Shown piece by piece: positions 21,911-35,790 of a stretch of DNA of 64,000 bases. Position numbers and translations under genes: made by a program. The notes beneath the pieces are model-generated. The model had not been told where the DNA came from and did no database searches. It saw nothing but the letters and a program-made list of their open reading frames with translations. Source of the stretch: Zancudomyces culisetae HAW-14-8 (taxonomy: Eukaryota; Fungi; Kickxellomycota); the NCBI GenBank assembly GCA_052426225.1, contig JBNJNM010000015.1, positions 1,864,186 to 1,928,185 on the forward strand, in the 5' to 3' direction. Position 1 is the first letter of the stretch. Every line of letters starts with the position of its first letter.

Positions 21911-22879
21911 TTTTCTTGTCTATAAAGTAATTAACCCGACAAGATTTGTTAAATTAACCTTATTAAAAAATATTCAATCTTCATTTTATATTTCTACAAC
22001 CAATATATAACTTATCAAAAGAATAATAACATATAAAACATGTTGATAATATTCACAAGTCATATTTACATTATTCATATAGAATTTAATTAAATTTTGT
22101 CAATTATAAATCTATTGTCGGAAATATCCATTTTATCCGACCAAATTTACATGTACATAAAAAATATTAAATTATATATATTATATTATAGTCATACGGA
22201 ACAAAATATTATGAAGAATTTATTTATTCTATAAAATCAGGATAAATAATTAAGTATAGAATATGACATATTCGACTTACTACATTATTAGTATTTAAAT
22301 ATAAGATTGATATTTGCATTATGATGTCTACAAACAAACTAAGAATTATCTTAAATAATCACTAAATTATACAAATTTTATATTATAATTTTTAATTATA
22401 AACGCAGTATAGATAATAAAGGATATGTCTAGTAGACTGAAAAGTAGATCATATGTAAAATGTTGTTATTAATAAAATTTCTTGAGTAATACAAAATTCT
22501 CTTCATTCTATTTCTTAATATAATGCCAGTATATTTCAACATTAATCATGACATTCGAAATTAAATTACGAAAATTATTTAATTACTATTTGAGAGCAAA
22601 TTTCTCAAATAGAACTTATTGAAAAAAAATATTATGTAAATTAAGCAATAGATAGGTATTATGAAAACATCTAATAACACGACATTTGCTGCGCCATTTT
22701 CAAGTTATACATTCAATTTATAATTTAGTAACCTGTCACAGAACGCGTTTTATTGGTTAAACAGGTTGTAATTCTTAAGGAATTAATGCTAGTCAAAAGC
22801 TATTAATTAAAACCTAATTAAATATTAAAACAAATGTTATGGAATGTTAGATGTCACCAGATTAACCATACCAGCTCCC

Positions 22880-23864
22880 CGTCTCAATGAACAAATATCC
22901 AGTTTTTTATGTTTCGCTAAAGGATAAATATTCATCTCCAGTGATTTGTGATCAACAAGCCACTACGGAACCTAAATATTATCAACTACAAACTAGAGTA
23001 TGAAATTAAGGAAATACTCGATTCAAAAATTAACAGAAATAAACTTAGTTTTTTGATACATAGGAAGGGATACAATATTAATGAACGAACTTGGAACCAA
23101 AAGCAAATTTATCTGCAAACCAACACATAAAGACTTCCATACTCAATTTCCATCAAAGCCAAAATAACTATCAAATCGTAAAAAAAAATATATATATAAA
23201 ATTTAATATAATAAATCAAAATAACAAACAACAACAAACACCATAGTCAATATAAAATATTACAAATTAAAAAAATTATTTCAATTTTCTCATAATAATA
23301 TTTATATGCCAACTTTCCCTAACGAAATTAGTAAATAAAATCGAGAATACTCGCTTATATATTAACCGAGTTAACTGAAAGATCGTATGGGAGAAGATGA
23401 ATCAGCTGGTGAGAATGTGGGGCTATAGGCGGCCAATGTGCGCAAGCGAAAGCGAGCACCGGGGCCTCCCACATCTTCTTAATTTCCTTTAGGATGCCGG
23501 TACTGATTCGCGGATCACCGAATGGTGTGGCACTCAACGTTAGTTATGTTTTAAAAATATTAAGTCGAATATCCCAAAATTCGATATCATATTTTAATAT
23601 ATTACTATTATTAAAAAAATAAACCAATCAAACAAAAAAATATAATTAATATAATTATTTTAAAAAAACTCAAATTTACCATTAGTATAAAAGTATACTT
23701 TAATACCTTTTTGGAGAGGGATAATGTAACAATAAATAATGTTACATCTTATTACCCATAATTATATTATACAATTATTCTTCTACATAATCATTTGAGT
23801 TATGCTTTGTTGTAATTACCTAAGTATTACAACCTGTTTAACCAACAAAAGTCGTTAGGTGACA
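22880..23864 (+). mobile_element. Element C: 3' remnant of a short-LTR chromovirus (chromodomain, 3' UTR, PPT, 140-bp LTR at 23725-23864)
   Basis: YEIKEILDSK...HRKGY; PPT GGAGAGGGATAA resembles B; related LTRs on - strand at about 22734-22800 and 27754-27894. Confidence 0.75.
23372..23546 (+). ncRNA. Homolog of the B-family structured RNA, sense orientation in element C
   Basis: GC-rich island sharing GGCCAATGTGCGC, AGYACCGG, TCCTTnnGGAT and ACGTTAG, with a GAAA tetraloop and compensatory stems; followed by TTTT. Confidence 0.7.
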
Positions 23865-26030
23865 CATTTGTGATAACTCCTTCCGTGTGGTGATTCTTGC
23901 CATCAGCAGTGATTATTACTTGACTGATTTAATTATCCGATTCTAAACCGATTTCTTTTACTGCAATCGAGTGATTACCGAGCAGGCTGCTCCGATATCG
24001 ACAAGAGTATTCCAGTTCGTTTTAAATATCTCAACTACGATGTTACATCTTGTTTCTGCTTTCTCTTGAATTCTGATTTCGTTTAGTGTAGTATAAGCAG
24101 ACTTATTGTCTATGTCCATCCACTCGACTGCAATATGTTTCGAGCTATCCAACAGCTGGATCAAGCTTATCTTCGGAAAATACTTTTTCAATCTTTCCCG
24201 CAAACTAAACTGCTTTCCCGCGACTCTATCTTTTACCGTTCCGGTAACCGCCGCGAATTTTTTGCTTTGGTATCAGTTTGGTTAAGTGTAGTGGATACTC
24301 CTTTGATCCTAGCTGCGTTTTTTACTTTAGCTGGCCTGCCCACTCTGGTTTCGGTGTCGGGGTTTTTTCTTTTTTCTACCATCAAAACTTCTTCTGTGAT
24401 AACCTCACTATCTTTTACTGCTTCTTCAGGTACTATCGATATAAGGTTAACGCCTTTATTGGTGTCTATTCCTTTATCGATATTGCCGGTTTCTTAGGAT
24501 CTGTTAGGACATTTAAACTTTCTATGTTCTTTTTCATGACACTGCTAACACTCAATGTTTTGTATTCTTTTGTCGGACGTGACCGGGTAGGTCACGTTCT
24601 TTGGTCGGGTTTCTGATAGTCAGAAACTCCTGCTTAACTATCTCCCCTAGCTCATGGAAGGGATCCTGTGACTGTTCCGGTTCTATATCCATATTGGATA
24701 CTTCTGAACGGTCACTGTCGGAAGAATAGCGTCCCTCATCCTTGAACTGTTGGATGATGGCTGAACGGAGTTGCTGCATCAGACCTGACATTGAGTTTTT
24801 AGTAACGTTATAAATGATATATTCTTCTAGTTAATTAGCCTCAGCACTATTAAACTCTATAAATAAACAACCTTGTTTAAACGAGTACTTTGTTGTTCAA
24901 CTGTTTTCTTTATTTCCTTATTTTTAACTTGTTTCTTAAAACTACTAAAAGAGCTAAGGAATCCTCATTGAGTCTTCCTTCGCTTATAATATATACTATT
25001 TCGTTTAACCTAATAAAATCTAATTCAAATAACCTATGTTTCTACGTAATATACTGAGTTCATCGTGTGGTTTCGTTTTTTCATCGTTTTCGTATTCTTA
25101 TTGTTCATATATTTGAATGTTGATTTCCTATAATCTTTTTTTAATTGTAATTTTCGTTTTCTAATTTTTCTTTGATTATTAAATTTTTTTTCAATTGACT
25201 AAATAGTATTGTTGTATTATTGATCAACTTTAAATTACTTTAGTTGATTATTATGTGGTAAATAAATGTTAATAAAATATTTCGAGTGAGGTAAAAATAT
25301 GCGACACTTTCTACTTTATTAAAATTAAATAATCTTTTGCTAGTATCATTAGCTTTATCCATGCGCTCGATTAACGATACACTGAGTTGTTGAAACGTCT
25401 TCACGAACTCACTAAATTGAGAGTTGTCTACTATCGCTTCCTTTACGGTCTTATTAGCTCTTATGGTGGTACTTCTGGGATTGCTTTTGTCCACTTTGTC
25501 TCCATCACTCTGATCCTTACGAACTGGTTTTCCCTGTTCCAGTTTTGCAACCATCTGAATTATTTGCTTTCGGTCTAATCCCTCGATTTCCTCTAGTTTA
25601 GCCCTGGTATCCGCCGGCAGTGTACTAACCAGAGACCCCTTTTTTGTCTCCTCTTACTTAATACCCGCCTGTTCCCATAAGACTTCAAGCTCTATCTCTA
25701 GCTCCTCAATGCTATAAACTCTGATCTTTTTATCGTACGGAGCTTTTCCCAAGCTCCATTCATAGTTCCTGAGGTACTGTACTTTGCCTTGAACTCTTTG
25801 GCAAACGTTTCCCAATCTGTGAAACTTGACTTGTTTCGCTTGTACCAAATTATCACCGTTCTGCCTAACCATAGCTTGACTAGTCCGACTCAATCGCCTG
25901 GTTCCCACTTGTTAATCTTTGCGATTAACTCAAATCCTCCACCCAGTCTTCAGCGCTAATACCCTTATTGTGTTCAAATAGTTTGATTTTATCTATCTCA
26001 AATATTTAGTCCAGGCTGGATCAACATGTC
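23865..26030 (-). pseudogene. Decayed gag/protease fragments of tRNA-primed Gypsy element(s)
   Basis: LVDIGAACSVI, FPKISLIQLL, gag fragments 25240-25908, degenerate PBS 26010-26026 next to an LTR terminus at 26027. Confidence 0.7.
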
Positions 26031-26589
26031 ATATAAATAATACCAACTTCTTTAATATATTAATATAATATAACCATGTTCACCAAAGATTTACTAAATA
26101 TTTGTGTGTAAGTAAGGGAATAACTTGGATAATATATATTTATTAATACACTGGAATTAACTAAAAAAACGAAACGAAACTAGACTCGTTGTAAAACTTT
26201 CGTTCCATCATGTTAATCGCATAGATACTTAATTTTCATGTTGGGACGATAATGTTAAAAATATACTAAATATCAAACATAACTAAAACTTTAATTTAAA
26301 CATTTATATTATTAATATTGGTCGGTAAATGTTATTTTATAATTTTAAATTATATTAATGTGGATCTAAATAAATTTTAGTAAAAATAACATGGTTTACA
26401 AGTGTTTTACTTATATAACATTAGGTATTATTTAGTAATTGTATTATTATTTAAAAAAATTATTATTCTGATTAAATAAAGTTTATGAAAAACAATCTAT
26501 AAATACTTTATCATTAATCATATTCTAACTAACTAGATAAATAATTTGCTAATAATGTAATAATATAATAAAAATAAACCTATAACTAA

Positions 26590-27720
26590 ATGATAATACT
26601 CTCCGGACTGCTAGAGTATTCGAAGAGAGCAATCATAATTGTAATTAAAACTAGAATTCTAAATTCCATAAAAAATATCCACTATATGACACAGTATGTG
26701 TTATTTACCTGTGACCCATATGGCTTGTGATAAGAATTTAGCCCATTTGTCCGAGATTGCGATCTAACCAAGTTATAGCTCCCGACATATTTCCGTTTAT
26801 CTTCAACGTCATCTCATTTGCTATTGGGTGGTATATCTACTATATTTTTGTTTTCTTTTTTAATATTTAATACTTTTTTGAGCACTTTTAGGGTATTTTT
26901 TACCTAAATCACTTAATGTATTTTGGGCATCATAAATTGAGCATTATGTTTTTGTTAATAAACTATCAACCAATTGTGCCGTCGCATCTACATTGGCTTG
27001 TGCCACTACCTTATTAGACAATATTCTACATCGACTAAAATTTATTCATATTTTTCCATGTCTTCTGTAAAGCGCCTACAATGTCTATACCCAATCATAC
27101 TAATTGTAATTTGCCGCAGGTAAAGGTTTAGTCATGCCGTTGTATTATATTTTGTTTGGGAATTGACATTGTAACCAATTATCTTAATATTCTAATTTTT
27201 TTTTTCATGTTCATATACAAAATCGGTACAACATGTTCATAGTATTGTTAACACCAAAATCGCTGCTTTTCAATATTATTTTAACATATTTCAACATATC
27301 TTCAATATTATGTTAAAATATGAGTACATTTTATTATAGTTTGTTAGAAAATGTTAAATATTTAAATTGATAATTAAATGTTTAATCTTCTGCTAATAGG
27401 TATATAAATTATTAAATATTTTGTAAATTTGTATAATTTCTATCATTATAGTGTTGACAGTGGCAATATTTACTTCCTGTTACGCTTCTGATTCAATATT
27501 TCACTTATAATAATATGAATCTTATGTAGAAATGTGCATCCTATCCTCGAGCCCCCATGCAACTCGGTGTGACGGTTGTTTTCCTCAAAAAATCCTATCA
27601 ATCTTTTGTGATTGGTGTAAAATCAAATACCGTTCTCGCAGTAATAGATAATTTTTTGAGTGCATTGATGATCTCTACCAACTCAATTGCACAAACATAA
27701 CTTTATTTCTAGGCTTTTGA
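26590..27720 (-). pseudogene. Highly decayed integrase/RNase H remnants
   Basis: Scattered pol-like motifs (PESII, WGID-like); no long ORF. Confidence 0.35.
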
Positions 27721-27753
27721 TACTAATCATGAATCAAATATTAGTGGGACATT

Positions 27754-27894
27754 TTGTCACAGAACGAGATTTATTGAATAAACATGTTGTAATTCTAAGA
27801 GAATTACAACGAAGCATAAACGAAATGATTAAATAGAAGATAAAATATTAAGATTAATTATGGATAATAAGAAGTAATATTATTGGCTATAACA
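27754..27894 (-). repeat. Solo LTR of family C
   Basis: Reverse-complement similarity to 23725-23864; TGTCAC...TAACA. Confidence 0.65.
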
Positions 27895-28389
27895 CATTTA
27901 CTGTTATTATTTCTGTGATACTACGGTTCCTATTGCCGTGACGCTTACACTAGTATCCTAAATATACTTTTTACTACAATCTAGTGAATACTATGGCAAT
28001 TTTCGGAACTTTTTCTATTATTGAAGCAAATGTAATAGTGAACTTTAATCTATTATACTTTAACATTCTGGCTTTTGTATCCGTTTGTTAATTAATAAAC
28101 TATTATGAAATCTTAGCAAATCCTGGAATATATAATATATTATTTTATTAATCTTAGTATAAATTATAATTTTTGTATCTATTTTTAACTTTTTCCAATT
28201 GTTAATATTATACTATATTAATTATATTTTTTCTACTATGAAATGTTATAATTTATTTAAATATGATCTACAATTATCAGATATTTATATGATTTGAATA
28301 AATACATTTATTTCGATTCAATGATACTAAATTAATATTTTGCCAAATGATCATACAAGATTCAAAGAAATATACATATTGTCAAAAAA

Positions 28390-30217
28390 CTAGTAATAGT
28401 TATCGATAAACTCTTGCAGAATTTGATTCATTATTCTCTGAAAAGTACTTGGTGCGTTACATAAGCCAAATAGCATCACCGTATATTCATAACTACCATA
28501 TCTAGATACAAATGCAGTCTTTTCTATTGATTCTTCGTCCATCCTTATTTGGTGATATCCACTGCTTAGATCCAGTGCTGAAAAGTATTTTGCCCCTCCT
28601 AGCCTATCGAAACAATCCTCCATCAAAGGTAATGGATATCTATCTTTAATTGTTACTTTATTTAACGCCCTATAATCTACACACATACGAAATTTACCAT
28701 CTTTTTTCTTTACTAATAGTACTGGGCTAGCCCAAGCCGAAGTTGAAGGTCTGATCATTCCCTTTTTTACCAGCCCCTCTATTTGTTCTTTAACTTTTTT
28801 TTAGCTGTTTATCTCCGTGTCTGTCCATCTGTCTGGCAAATGGGAGTGCATCCCATGATACTATTTATGCCTTTTTCTAAAGTCGCGTTTCCACCAATGT
28901 GCTCTGTATCAAATGAGCTTTTGATTTGTCCAATATACTTTTTAATTCTACGGGTGGGTTGTTATCTTGGGTTGATTGTTCGTTTTTGTTAAAAATAATA
29001 GGCCAGACCTCGCTAACTTGTCTATTTATAAGTATTTGTTTAATGTGTTTCTACTAGTTACGAATCTGGCAAATTGTGCGCCATTATAAAGTTATTATTT
29101 TGCTTTATTATCATTATCTTCATACAAATACTTGTACTATTATCGAAATGAATCTTATTTTATATCCAGAAATCAATCCCTATTAACATTCCACATTTAA
29201 CCCTTGAATAATTATTAACTTAATTTGTCTTATTCTTCGCCAAATGTGATTTCAGTATTGACCATTTTATCGCATGTAGCTATAACACCGTTTGCCATTC
29301 TTGCCTTGACAGGTGTTGATGGTTCTTAAATTAATCCGAGTTTTTTTGATAACTCATTTGAAATAAAACTTGTTATTGCGCCGGAGTCTAATAGAATTTT
29401 TACTCCAATATTGTTTATAATGCCATTACTCATCGGTCTATTATCCGTGTTCTGGTTGCCGACTTCGTACATATTTTCAACTATTTCTTCGAAATCGACC
29501 ATTTTTTGATCCTCATCGTCTGATAATCTCAGATTCTCCGTTTTTCGAGCAGTTCGTTCACTCGTCTATCGGATTCGTATTTCTTGTCGGCTCAATTGAT
29601 GTCTGTACTGTCGTCTATACTCGATTGGCTTGTTGATGTATCGATTTCATCTTCGAGTAATTTGTTTACTGTTTTTCGCCACTCTAGGTTTATGGAGTTA
29701 CTAGCTATATTCTGTTGTTTAACATTATAATTAGCTTATTATTTTTAACTTTAGATTATTATATATTTCTTCAGTGTAATTGTATTAGTTTTATGACTAT
29801 ATCTTTTCACTTTTTATTGAATTTTCGTCATTATTGTTTAAAAATGTATTATCTTTAAACTACGTTATTTGATGAATTGTTTATTTAATCGGCTTTTAAA
29901 TGGTTATTAGTATTAATTTCTATTTAAAATGGCATTATAGTTATAAATTGCCTTTATCCGTTTCAATTCGATCACGTCTTTATCATTTTCATCAAATAGC
30001 TTTTATAACCATTGTCGGAAAGCGTTAATACAATTTTTTTGGGTGCATAAGATTATAAGTTCCTTGTCAATCCAAAGAATGGGAACCTTAAACTTTTGAT
30101 AACAGACGTTAGCTATAGGACTTCTTCCACAATTGAAACATATTCAATATGATGTAAAGAATTTTTTTCCTTCATCAGTATTTGTGTCTACTGGTATTCG
30201 CTCGCCAGCAACTACTA
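28390..30217 (-). pseudogene. Decayed Gypsy gag-protease-RT (family I-like), interrupted by a Tc1 element
   Basis: FRMCVDYRALN, LDLSSGYHQI, LLDSGA; gag motif GERIPV shared with about 44083-44100. Confidence 0.8.
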
Positions 30218-30219
30218 TA

Positions 30220-31779
30220 CAGTGAGTTTCTAAAATGTCTCAAAATAATGATAATAATTTTCAAAGTGTAATATATCGCTCAATAATATCCAGTAATTAA
30301 ATAATTTTATATAATATAATGCACAATTGGTATAATTTAATTTTATAAAATTAGTATTATTATTGGTTAAAAATTCATTATAATTAAAACTGAAAAAATT
30401 TTAAAAATGAGACAATTTTGGGAATTTTTCAAAAAAAAACTTTAAAATTCTGTCCACCTTCCTTTAGACTTGATAACTGCCTCAACTCTTTTGGACATAC
30501 TATCTATAAGACCAACTATTGTTTCCACTGAAATTAAATTCCATTCCGTTTCTATTCATCCCATAATTCGATCATCCCGGACGGAGGTTTACTGTATCTA
30601 TTTAGGCGTCTTTTCATGATTGCCCATATACTTTCGATTGGGTTTAAGTCTGGAGGTTGTGGCGGCCAGTCCAATGTATTATATTCCTGGTTTTCAAGCC
30701 AGCTGGTAACTAACTTCGCGGTATGTTTAGGATCATTGTCATGTTGAAATATTATTGACTTGGGATCCAACTTGTAGTACTTTATTGTATTGCTAAGCTC
30801 GTCTTTTAAAATGTTTAAATAACCTTCCTTGTTTAACATTCCTTCTATTCGGCACATGTAGCCAGTTCCAGATGCTGTGATGCATCCCCAAATCATTAAT
30901 GATCCTCCACCGTGTTTTACGGTCTGGTTAATATTGTGCGGCTGTAGACTCACACCATCACGAACCCAAGTCCATTCATTTCCATCAGATCCAAATCGGT
31001 TGATTTTAGTTTCGTCGGACCAAATTACTCGTCTCCAATCATCAGTAGTCCAGTAGCGATGAGATTTTGCGAATCTCAACCTTTTTGCAATATTTTTAAG
31101 ACTCAGTTTCGGTTTGGAGGTTTTTTTATTTGCAACGGCTTATAAATCATTTAATGCCCTATGTATTGTAGACTTACTAGCACTAACAATATATCGATTT
31201 CTAACTTCCATTGTATTGAAGTAGCAGATCGATACTCTCCAGATAATATCATCATAGTACATATTCGCTTGCTTTGGGGTGAAAGCTTCGTTGGACGACC
31301 GCGTTTATTAGCCGGTAAATTGATATTCATTGCTGCTTTTATTCTGTATATTGTTGCTTTACTAACTCCATTTATTATAATGATTTGGTCAATGCTTCTG
31401 CCTTCAAGTAACGCGTTTTTAATATCCAGTTTACGTTGTTCAGATATCACATTTTAAAAAATTATTATTTTGATTAGTATAACAATTATATATATTATTA
31501 TATTTAAAAGTTTAAAAATTTAAAAATTGAATTCATAAAGTTATGATAGTTTAAATTTTTTTTTTGAAAAATTCCCAAAATTGTCTCATTTTTAAAATTT
31601 TTCAATTTAAAATTTCACTATGAATTTTTATCCAATTAATTTACAGTTTATATAAAATTAACATATAACATTTGTGCATTTTATAATATAAAAAACATAT
31701 AATTTCTGGATATTATTGAGCGAGATATTACACTTTGAAAATTATTTTCAATATTTTGAGACATTTTTGAAACTCACTG
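30220..31779 (-). mobile_element. Tc1/mariner DNA transposon with long (~220 bp) TIRs
   Basis: TA|CAGTGAGTTTC...GAAACTCACTG|TA; transposase fragments inside. Confidence 0.93.
30445..31453 (-). pseudogene. Tc1-family DD34E transposase, frameshifted
   Basis: GRPTKL, IWSDETK, FQHDNDPKH, PDLNPIE in split ORFs. Confidence 0.9.
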
Positions 31780-33849
31780 TATGTACTATGTTAATTTGCT
31801 TGTGACCTTTGTTCCGTTTTAACATATTTAGATTTTATTTGTCTCAATAGATTAAAATTTGAGTGAATCTACATCATTATAACATATTGTGTAAACTTGA
31901 CCTTTTGTTATAACTAGATTTATTTTATTACGTATAAGAACTTGTATTAGAAAAATATTAACTTTATTAAACTAAAGAGTTTATTTTTCACTGGCCATTT
32001 TCACAACGAATTCTTATATTTTACATACTTTGCCTTCAAATAAAAACGTCATATAAAAATCAAAGGTCAAAAGACCTTGTATATCGAAGAATATTTATTG
32101 TCTTACTTCGATTAATTTCAAGGAGTTTGACCCTTGATTAATTTCATGATTTTCAAAATTGAGGTTAGTTTCATCATTGAGTTGTTTTGATTTATGTAAA
32201 ATATTAATAATTACTCGAAAATTGAATAGGTAATAATTATTTCATGATATTTTATATCAAATATGTAATTAAACGAAATGGGAAATTCATCACATATATT
32301 TAATTTACAGAAATAGATTTAAAATTAAAAAGACACAATTTATATAACATAATTCTATTCACTTATCAACTGAGAATTTATAAATATATAATTATGTAAG
32401 ATTTGATATAAATTTATAGTTACTACAAGATTAGAATATCAATTATCAATTATAATGTTATTATATTTTTAATCGATTTTTAAATAACTCAATAACATAT
32501 CACTATCCAAATAATTTAATATGCAAATATATTGGATTAATAATATCTTAATAATAGTATCGAAATAAGACAAAACCACATTCAAAAAAGTTGTTTAACA
32601 TGAAACATCTATGGTTAATTATATAGCTATTAGAAGTTATAAAAAATGTTTTATAAAAACATTAATCGATTAAAGAGAATATTAAAGATAATTTATTGTT
32701 TTAAGAAGTACAAAACAACAAGTAGAATAGTTCTACATAGTATTATAAATACAAAGTGTTGGATAATTATTAAGTATAATAGAAATAGTTTATGGATAGT
32801 TCTAATGAATTTAGTAATTCATTTACATAACAATAATATTATTTAATTTATAGACCATATATTACTAGTATAATATATTTGTAATTATATATATCGAATT
32901 AATTAAAAAATTTTAATTAAAAATTCGAATTTACTATAAACATTGAAGTAATTTATATATTACTTGATAATTTTTAAAATAAATTTTGTATAGAACAACT
33001 TGAATGTTAAACAAGCTTTATAATATTAATTACAAGAACAAGTATCGATCATTTATATGTGTTTAAAAACCAAAGTTTATGCATTAATTTTTCTATTTCT
33101 CATCTGATTAAAATTGATAAATATTATAATCATGTACTAAACTAAATATTTTTCAGCCAGTAATGACATTCAGAAATCAAAATCTATTAAAATCTCAAAT
33201 ACTAATTCTGTTTCAAGAGTAAAATAGGTACCGCCTTGAATCAGACCATTTGCTAATAAGATCGATACTTATCAATATTGATCGTTCTTGAGCAACAACT
33301 ATTAAAGTTTTTACTGAAAAACCATTGACTCATTTGAGTTTACATTATTGATCAATTTAATTTGCTAATTAAGAACTCATCAACAAATAGGGCAAACTTA
33401 ATAACTAACTAGATTTGTATTAATATAGTTATTAAAAGCAATCGATTATAATAGTATTATAGCATTCGAGAGAAAATTAAAATCAATTAATGTGCAAACA
33501 ATACAGATATTATTCTTAAAATGAAAAATATAAATTCGTAAATATTCGCTTCATGAAGCGTGTATTTAAAAATATTTTGTAACCAGATATGTGGTATTAA
33601 ATGCAGCGCAAAGTAAAATTTCTTATATTTTATTTTTATAAAGCAAACGAATAAACAGATACTACTAAATAAAATAAGATACTGCTAATCGCATTAAGGT
33701 CAAGTAAATCACTCAAGGACATCTTCAAAGATACGTTTACCTATACACAGTTGATGATGATATTTAAAAGGATCAGTCAATAATATATCTAAAGTTATGA
33801 AATCGTGGATAAGCGATTAAAAAAAGCTGAAGACAGACAAAAATATTAC

Positions 33850-35229
33850 AGTCAAACACGAATAAAGAAGTTCTACATTTTCCATAACGGATATCATAAA
33901 AAATATGACTGCCCCAAATGAAGGCGACTCAACAGCAGCCGGACTGCTCAATCGAATAGAATATTAATTAATCTGCTTTACTTTATAGCTGAAGGATTAC
34001 TATGCTGAAGAAATTATTGCACTTGAAAAGCGAAAGTTAACCAATATCACAGAAATAAATACGAATAGGCGAGTAGATAGACAAGGTTAGGTGAAAGCGA
34101 AACCGAAGTACGACGAGCTTAAAATACATCAACAGCGTCACAAATCCCAAACTGTTTTAACAGACATCCAACCAAGTCGAAACTTTAAAAACTAAAAACT
34201 TTACTTATGTTATAGAATTAGAAATTATAAACCCTAAAATAAAATTATTGCCTTTACTAGTGGATTTTCCAAAGCAAACAAAAGAATTACTTACACTACT
34301 AAATATAGAAGATATTCGAGATGTAAATATAATAAATATACCGGAAAAGAAAGTTACCAACTGTAAGGTACAAACTATATTATTTAGTAGACATTGTGGT
34401 CTGTTATCGATACCGGTGCAGCGTGTACAGTTATAACTGTTAGTTTACTGGTAGAATTGGGATTACTGGTCCAGGAGCAAACCAGTCAAAATGGTAGTGA
34501 CGGCGGATGGGAAAAAGCATCCCACATTAGGAAAAGTTTACGGAGTCCCGCTCAAAATCTCAACAATAGAATTCCCTACTGACCTTGTAGTTATGGACAG
34601 AAATGATGACACTCTCATCTTGTGGACTGACTGGATGCTCAGACATCAGATTATTCTGAATATAAAAGCTCAGGAGATGCGGTTACCTATAGAACAAGCA
34701 GAAGTTTCTACAAAATTTTTAACAACTAGTATCAAGTCACTATAGAAGATGAAGCAGAAATATATTTTGTGAAAGATCCACCTAACTTAATAGGGGTGAC
34801 TGAAAATCCAATATTTAACGAGGTACTTGAATAGTTTTAAGACATATTTGTAAACTACATTACCCAGCTAACTAGTACTGACGTGGCCGAGCACATGATC
34901 AATTTAATTGAAGAGAAGCCAATAAAACAAATGCAGTGTCACATTTCGCATAGGATGCTATTGAATGTTAGATTGGAGCTAACAGAAATTTAAAAGTGGG
35001 TATTATATCGCCTTGTGTATTAGAATGGTATTTCCTTATTGATTTGTTTATAAAAAGAATGATAAGTTGAGGGTATGAGTTGGTTATAAAAATGTTAATC
35101 AAAATCTAGAATAGATACGTACCCCTTACATGTAATTGACAGATTAGAATAAAGACTGAAGACATAAACAAAACCGCATTTGCTATCCCTGGTAGCGGAA
35201 GTTACCAATTAAATGTTATGCCATTCGGC
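33850..35229 (+). pseudogene. Decayed Gypsy gag-protease-RT remnant
   Basis: VIDTGAACTV, VTADGKKH, NVMPFG cut by the B2 LTR. Confidence 0.75.
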
Positions 35230-35409
35230 TGTCAGGAAACTAATTTATTTAAGTTGGGAAACTTAATGTTCCCAAGTTAGGATTCAAAGGTAATTAAATA
35301 TGATTCTAAATAAATATTAAAACTTATGGGTAAATAATGCGATTCTGACATTATCCCCCCTTCAAAGAATATTTTAAATATATAAAAATAATATCTTGGA
35401 CAAAAATGT

Positions 35410-35676
35410 GAGCTTATAGTCGAGTGGCTAAGGCGTCGAACTTGTATTCTGCAGGACCCTGGTTCGATCCTTCGCTGTAAGACCGTAATTGGGAAGTAAT
35501 TAGCTGTAGAGTGGATGTGATGTTTCACGGGGCCAATGTGCGCGATAACGTCCTTCGGGACTAGTACCGGACCGTTTCACCTCTCCGATAACTCCTTCGG
35601 GATCTCGAGCAGTTAATTCGAATCACGTGATTGTGTGGTTCAAGACGTTAGCGCCCTCCTAAGTTCATTTTTTTTT
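35410..35676 (+). ncRNA. tRNA-headed structured RNA unit in B2 (A box 35417-35427, B box 35461-35470, body 35473-35653, T9 terminator 35668-35676)
   Basis: Near-identical to the B1 unit; the only body change (CC to TT) converts G-C to G-U pairs. Confidence 0.72.
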
Positions 35677-35790
35677 ATTTTTTCTTTTATAATTTTTTAT
35701 GCTTTTTAGTTGTTTTTAGGTTGTTTTTATAGTTTTTTTTGATAAGTATTTAGGTATAATATTGGTTAATTAATATAATATAATGTTGCT

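Noticed and set aside
23372-23546. Assignment as hammerhead, hatchet, SRP RNA or group II intron
   Set aside because: CTGAAAGA lacks the hammerhead GAAA/UH partner. The hatchet-like ATGTGGGGCT and SRP-like CGCTGTAA words each occur in only one homolog. GTGCG is internal with no domain V. An Rfam search is still needed.
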